Shown piece by piece: positions 60,019-64,000 of a stretch of 64,000 nucleotides of DNA. The stretch's first letter is position 1. Every line of letters begins with the position of its first letter. The notes beneath the pieces were generated by a model, which was not told where the DNA came from, did not search any database, and worked only from the letters and a program-made list of their open reading frames with translations. The stretch spans positions 1,376,001 to 1,440,000 of the forward strand of contig CAVVUN010000015.1 in assembly GCA_963751455.1 (NCBI GenBank). Reading direction: 5' to 3'. The translations under genes were made by a program, and so were the position numbers. The DNA comes from Nitrospirota bacterium. Lineage in GTDB: Bacteria > Nitrospirota > UBA9217.

Positions 60019-60116
60019 ATGATATCCAACCTCGATAGTATTATCCGGCAATATAAAACCGATAGCGAATCAGCGTACAACACCTGGTTCATCAACAATG
60101 AAGAGCGGCTGAAGGC
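60019..60116 (+). pseudogene. 5' stub duplicate of the 56723 gene
   Basis: MISNLDSIIRQYKTDSESAYNTWFINNEERLKA against MISNFDSIIRQYKTDSESVYNTWFINNEERLKA. Confidence 0.85.
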
Positions 60117-60164
60117 ATCATCGTGAGTGAACAGCTATTAATTTCTTTCCGGAGGTAGGAAACC

Positions 60165-60947
60165 GTGAACTATAAGGACCTTCAAAAGAACATCACTGCC
60201 GCATATCTCTCTCTTCGCGTTGGGATCGCCGGAATGGCAATTGCGTTACCCTTCGTGCTGTGGATAGGAGGTCATATCGTCTCACATCAGCCGCTTCAGG
60301 GATCCATGAGCGCGTATTATCACTGCGGCGCAGGAGCGATGAGAGATATATTTGTCGGCTTCCTCTTTGCTATCGGCGCCTTCCTTTATCTCTATAAGGG
60401 TTATACCGAGCTCGAAAACTATGCGCTGAATTTTGCCGGGGTCTTTGTGATCGGGGTAGCGCTGGTTCCCATGGAGTGGGACTGCGGAAGTGCATGCAAC
60501 AAGTTTACACTTCACGGTACCTTAGCGGTTCTCTTCTTTTTATCCATCGCATACGTTTGTATCTTCAGGGCATCAGACACCCTGAGTTTAATACCCGATA
60601 AGAAATCAAAGACCCGATACAGAAAAATCTATAAACTTCTTGGCGTGGCGATGATCGTTCTTCCCACCATTGCCGTAGCGCTGAGCTCGATCCTTGAGCA
60701 TGATTCCAAGCGGCCGAAAGGGACCTTCTTTGTTGAAGCAGCCGGTGTTCTCGTTTTTGCGTCGTACTGGATCGTTAAAAGCTTCGAGATTGCGCGTACT
60801 GATGCCGAGCAGTTTGCGCTCAAAGGCAAGCTGAAGGCTCGTCCGTACCGGGCTGTAGACGCATTTAAAGAAATACCTGTGGAAATAGTTCAACCGCAAC
60901 TCGAGCAGCAGCAGGATCTTGGCAGATCTTCGTCGAACAAGAATTAA
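60165..60947 (+). CDS. Multi-pass membrane protein
   Basis: ggagg RBS with GTG start; about 6 TM; SMSAYYH...RDIFVG. Confidence 0.75.
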   Translation: MNYKDLQKNITAAYLSLRVGIAGMAIALPFVLWIGGHIVSHQPLQGSMSAYYHCGAGAMRDIFVGFLFAIGAFLYLYKGYTELENYALNFAGVFVIGVALVPMEWDCGSACNKFTLHGTLAVLFFLSIAYVCIFRASDTLSLIPDKKSKTRYRKIYKLLGVAMIVLPTIAVALSSILEHDSKRPKGTFFVEAAGVLVFASYWIVKSFEIARTDAEQFALKGKLKARPYRAVDAFKEIPVEIVQPQLEQQQDLGRSSSNKN

Positions 60948-61058
60948 GTCGTCTCGGAGGTGGAAAATCCAACTTTTAAACCATATCCGAGGGTCTTGTG
61001 GAAAAGGACTGGATATGATTACAAGCCGGAAATCTCCAGGGCGACCAAAAAGGCGACT

Positions 61059-61253
61059 ATGAATGGAACAAAACGTGCCGACATCAGGCCAGGAATGCGT
61101 GTTAAAATCGTGTTGAAGCAGGACCAGCGGACGGGAAACATGACAGAGGGAATCGTCGCCGAGATCCTGACGAAATCTTCCACTCATCCCCACGGGATCA
61201 AAGTGCGCCTCGAAAGCGGGGCAGTAGGGCGTGTACAATTGATTTTCTCATAA
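61059..61253 (+). CDS. YwbE family protein
   Basis: IVLKQDQRTG..TEG.V..ILTKS..HPHGIKVRLESG.VGRV. Confidence 0.88.
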   Translation: MNGTKRADIRPGMRVKIVLKQDQRTGNMTEGIVAEILTKSSTHPHGIKVRLESGAVGRVQLIFS

Positions 61254-61462
61254 AGCATGCGGAATACTTTACTGAACCTGCAAAGGTATTAGCTATTTTG
61301 AAGCGAAACATTTTTATGAACAGGCTGCGGATCTTGGAAAGCCTCCTGCCACAGCAAACCCGATGACCTGTTGCCGCTATTTGATAGGACGTCTCTTTCG
61401 TGAATAATGGAAACGACAAGCAGCAGAGACTTATTGCGGCACTTCTTTCAATGAAAATAACA

Positions 61463-61487
61463 AAGGCCCGGGAATCTCCCGGGCCTT
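61463..61487 (-). terminator. Rho-independent terminator hairpin
   Basis: aaggcccggga-atc-tcccgggcctt downstream of the cytochrome gene. Confidence 0.7.
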
Positions 61488-61536
61488 CTTATTTACTACT
61501 ACGCTTACTTACTTCGTTCCGCCGGCTACCGGCCCC

Positions 61537-62538
61537 TTAAAGGCCGAGAAATGCCTTCGTGGTTCTATATTCGTGGCATGCAACACAGCTCTTTTTGGCC
61601 TGCTCATCAGATATTTTCCAGACATGGGGCTTGTGGCACTCCTTGCACTTCATGCCGCCATCCTGAATATGGGTCTTGTGTTTGCCGATTGTCATGATAT
61701 TTTTATGACACGAGAGGCAGTTGCCCCAGTCAGGCCGTGAGGCTTTGTGCGGCTTGTGGCATTCATAGCAGTTGAACTGCATGGGTCCGTTTTCCGGCCG
61801 GTCTATCTTGATCGCCCGCTGGATCGTTTTCTCGCTGGGCTGGAAATGGGTGACGTCGAGTGTCGCGTCAGCCAGGAGTTCTTTCCGGTATTTTTCAGCG
61901 CCATGGCAATAGAGGCACTTCTTCACCCCCGGCTTGAGGTCCTTTGTCCTGTCCGTATGGCAGTTGAGGCACGCAAGCTTCTCCATCCCTGTTCCGTGGA
62001 CCTCCCGGTCCTTGTGGCACGTCAGGCAATACCGTTCCTCGAGGCTGAACTGATGGGTCCGGTAGCCGTGGCATTTCGTGCATTCGATCTTTTCCATAAA
62101 GACATGCTTTGCGTGGTACCGCGAATTGGCGATGCTCGGCGCGTTCGGCTCTTTTTCGTTCTTATCCCAATGGCAGCCAAAGCATGTCTTCCAGGGCACG
62201 ATCACTTCACCGTGCCGGGGTGAAACCTTGTTGTGCCCGAGCACGGCAAAAGCGAAGACCTGTTTCACCTGGTCGCGCTTGGTGGAATGATGGCACTCAT
62301 GGCAGTTGATTCCATGATGTACGCTGGTAGACCATGCCTTGTTTGCGTCATCATGGACATGACAGGTAGAGCATGCATTGGGATTGTTCTCGAAATAATC
62401 ATTGATCTTATACGCGGTAAAAAGAGACCCGATTAAAAAAAGGACCAGGACTGCGATGATGATGATTCTGGCTTTGCGTGAAATGCCTGTGCTGAACCAC
62501 TCGCTTATTCTTGTTAGAATTGAAAACGGATTAAACAT
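61537..62538 (-). CDS. Membrane-anchored multihaem cytochrome c (11 CxxCH)
   Basis: N-terminal TM; CSTCH, CHECH, CFGCH, CTKCH, CLTCH, CLNCH, CLYCH, CYECH, CLSCH, CKECH, CVACH; ggagg RBS. Confidence 0.92.
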   Translation of the reverse strand: MFNPFSILTRISEWFSTGISRKARIIIIAVLVLFLIGSLFTAYKINDYFENNPNACSTCHVHDDANKAWSTSVHHGINCHECHHSTKRDQVKQVFAFAVLGHNKVSPRHGEVIVPWKTCFGCHWDKNEKEPNAPSIANSRYHAKHVFMEKIECTKCHGYRTHQFSLEERYCLTCHKDREVHGTGMEKLACLNCHTDRTKDLKPGVKKCLYCHGAEKYRKELLADATLDVTHFQPSEKTIQRAIKIDRPENGPMQFNCYECHKPHKASRPDWGNCLSCHKNIMTIGKHKTHIQDGGMKCKECHKPHVWKISDEQAKKSCVACHEYRTTKAFLGL

Positions 62539-62926
62539 GCTTTAAACCTCCCCCTTAAAAGCGCTCTATTTTTTTGTCGCTGCGTGAGGCGTTCGAATTG
62601 AGCTTTTAGTCCGGATCTGGAGATGACCGCGAAAAATTTTTTTGTGCACTAATTAATATACTACTCTGCAACAAAATGCAATAAAAAAGCATCTTGAAAC
62701 ATCCTGGATTACGTCTATAAAGTTTAGAGCGGGCGTGGAAGGGGTTCGACTGGGAGACGATGAAGACCTCTAAGCGTCCGGTCTTTCTCCTTGAAATTAT
62801 CCTCAAAGCCTGCTATCGTCGCGACAATACGGCTCTCGACTGCCGAGAACAGCTGCAGATCTTGACGTCATCCCGCCAGATTAAACCCCGATGATCTTTG
62901 CTGCTATTTGATAGGAGGTCTCTTTC

Positions 62927-64000
62927 ATGAATAATGGAAACGACAAGCAGCACAGGACCATTTTACGGCGGATCGCCCACAGGAGCATGCTTGAACGCGG
63001 ACTGTTGCCGGACTTTTCCCGTCAGGCGCTTGCCGAACTCATAGCGATCCAGGGGATTGCCACGGAGACGGAAGTACAATCGCGCGACCTGCGGCACCTG
63101 CTCTGGTGTTCCATTGACAACGATGACTCTCTCGACCTCGACCAGCTTACCGTGGCCGAAGCTCTGCCTGACAATGCTGCCAAGATTTTTGTCGCGATCG
63201 CCGATGTGGACTCGCTGGTCAAGAAGAACTCGGCCATCGACGGCCACGCGCGCCAGAACACTACGTCGGTCTATACCGAGGCCAGGATCTTTCCGATGCT
63301 GCCCGAGAAGCTATCAAACGACCTGACCTCGCTCAATTTAGCGACAGAGCGGTATGCCATTGTGGTGGAAATGGTCATTGCAGGGGATGGGTCGCTGCAG
63401 CGATCGGACGTCTCCGGTGCATTGGTGAAGAACAGGGCAAAGCTCTGCTACAACAGCGTTGCCGACTGGCTGGACGGGACGGGGCCGATGCCGAAGGAGA
63501 TGGCTGAGGTCGAGGGTCTTGCCGAAAACCTCCGGCTCCAAGACCGGGTCGCGCAGGAGATGAAGAAATTCCGGCACGATCACGGAGCACTGACGCTCGA
63601 AACGATCGAAGCGAAGATGGTGTTCGAAGCGGACCAGCTCAAGGACGTGGAGGCCGACAAAGGAGGCCGTGCCCATGACATCATCGAGAACTTCATGGTC
63701 GGCGCGAACGGTGTCACGTCCCGCTTCCTGGCATCTAAAAAGCTTCCCTCCATCCGGCGCGTGGTGCGCTCGCCCAAGAGGTGGGACCGGATCGTCGAGC
63801 TTGCTGCCGAGAAAGGCTTCACCTTGCCCTCTGTGCCGGATTCAAAGGCGCTCGAACATTTTTTGACCCAACAGCGTGCCGCTGATCCGCTCAGGTTCCC
63901 TGATCTGTCCCTGTCCGTTATCAAGCTGATGGGGCCCGGTGAATATGCGGTCCGACGTCCTGATGCAAAAGCCGACAGCAGCAACGGTCACTTCGGCCTG
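62927..64000 (+). CDS. RNB-domain exoribonuclease (RNase II/R family), 3' partial
   Basis: aggagg RBS; hand translation gives WCSIDNDDSLDLDQ, VAIADV, TTSVY, IIENFM; open to the window end. Confidence 0.9.
   Translation, partial: MNNGNDKQHRTILRRIAHRSMLERGLLPDFSRQALAELIAIQGIATETEVQSRDLRHLLWCSIDNDDSLDLDQLTVAEALPDNAAKIFVAIADVDSLVKKNSAIDGHARQNTTSVYTEARIFPMLPEKLSNDLTSLNLATERYAIVVEMVIAGDGSLQRSDVSGALVKNRAKLCYNSVADWLDGTGPMPKEMAEVEGLAENLRLQDRVAQEMKKFRHDHGALTLETIEAKMVFEADQLKDVEADKGGRAHDIIENFMVGANGVTSRFLASKKLPSIRRVVRSPKRWDRIVELAAEKGFTLPSVPDSKALEHFLTQQRAADPLRFPDLSLSVIKLMGPGEYAVRRPDAKADSSNGHFGL

Overview
Bacterial genomic window of intermediate GC. Gene style suggests Nitrospirota or a deltaproteobacterium (inference only). 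It has four zones. (1) 1-29.3 kb is a tandemly repeated secreted-protein locus that reads as an apparently uncharacterised polymorphic toxin system. Sec-exported ~1100-aa carriers with a degenerate transglutaminase-like core end in swappable C-terminal modules after a shared SGGLxG hinge: one hydrophobic, pore-former-like tip, one NlpC/P60 tip, and an orphan NlpC/P60 cassette. Each is followed by an immunity-like gene and then a partner protein made of prenyltransferase/squalene-cyclase-type repeats plus CARDB domains (two short copies and one 3144-aa copy with FG-GAP propellers and FN3-like repeats). (2) 30-36.4 kb is a hydrolase cluster (DUF6765, C1 peptidase-lipase fusion, YkuD-like, SGNH, IPT). 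(3) 36.7-58 kb is a defence island built in a broken type I R-M locus (hsdR remnants, no hsdS, hsdM). It carries GmrSD-HEPN, ParB-HEPN with a B12 radical SAM, RES, RhuM, DUF3800 with a PBECR-like gene and a duplicated ~80-nt antisense structured RNA, Fic, zeta-like and RelE/HTH modules. (4) 58-64 kb holds a rhomboid-TPR, YwbE, an 11-haem cytochrome c and an RNB ribonuclease. Several families of short mobile repeats have inserted in frame into coding sequences. No rRNA, tRNA, CRISPR array or intact transposase was seen. All domain calls come from reading motifs by eye, not from database searches.
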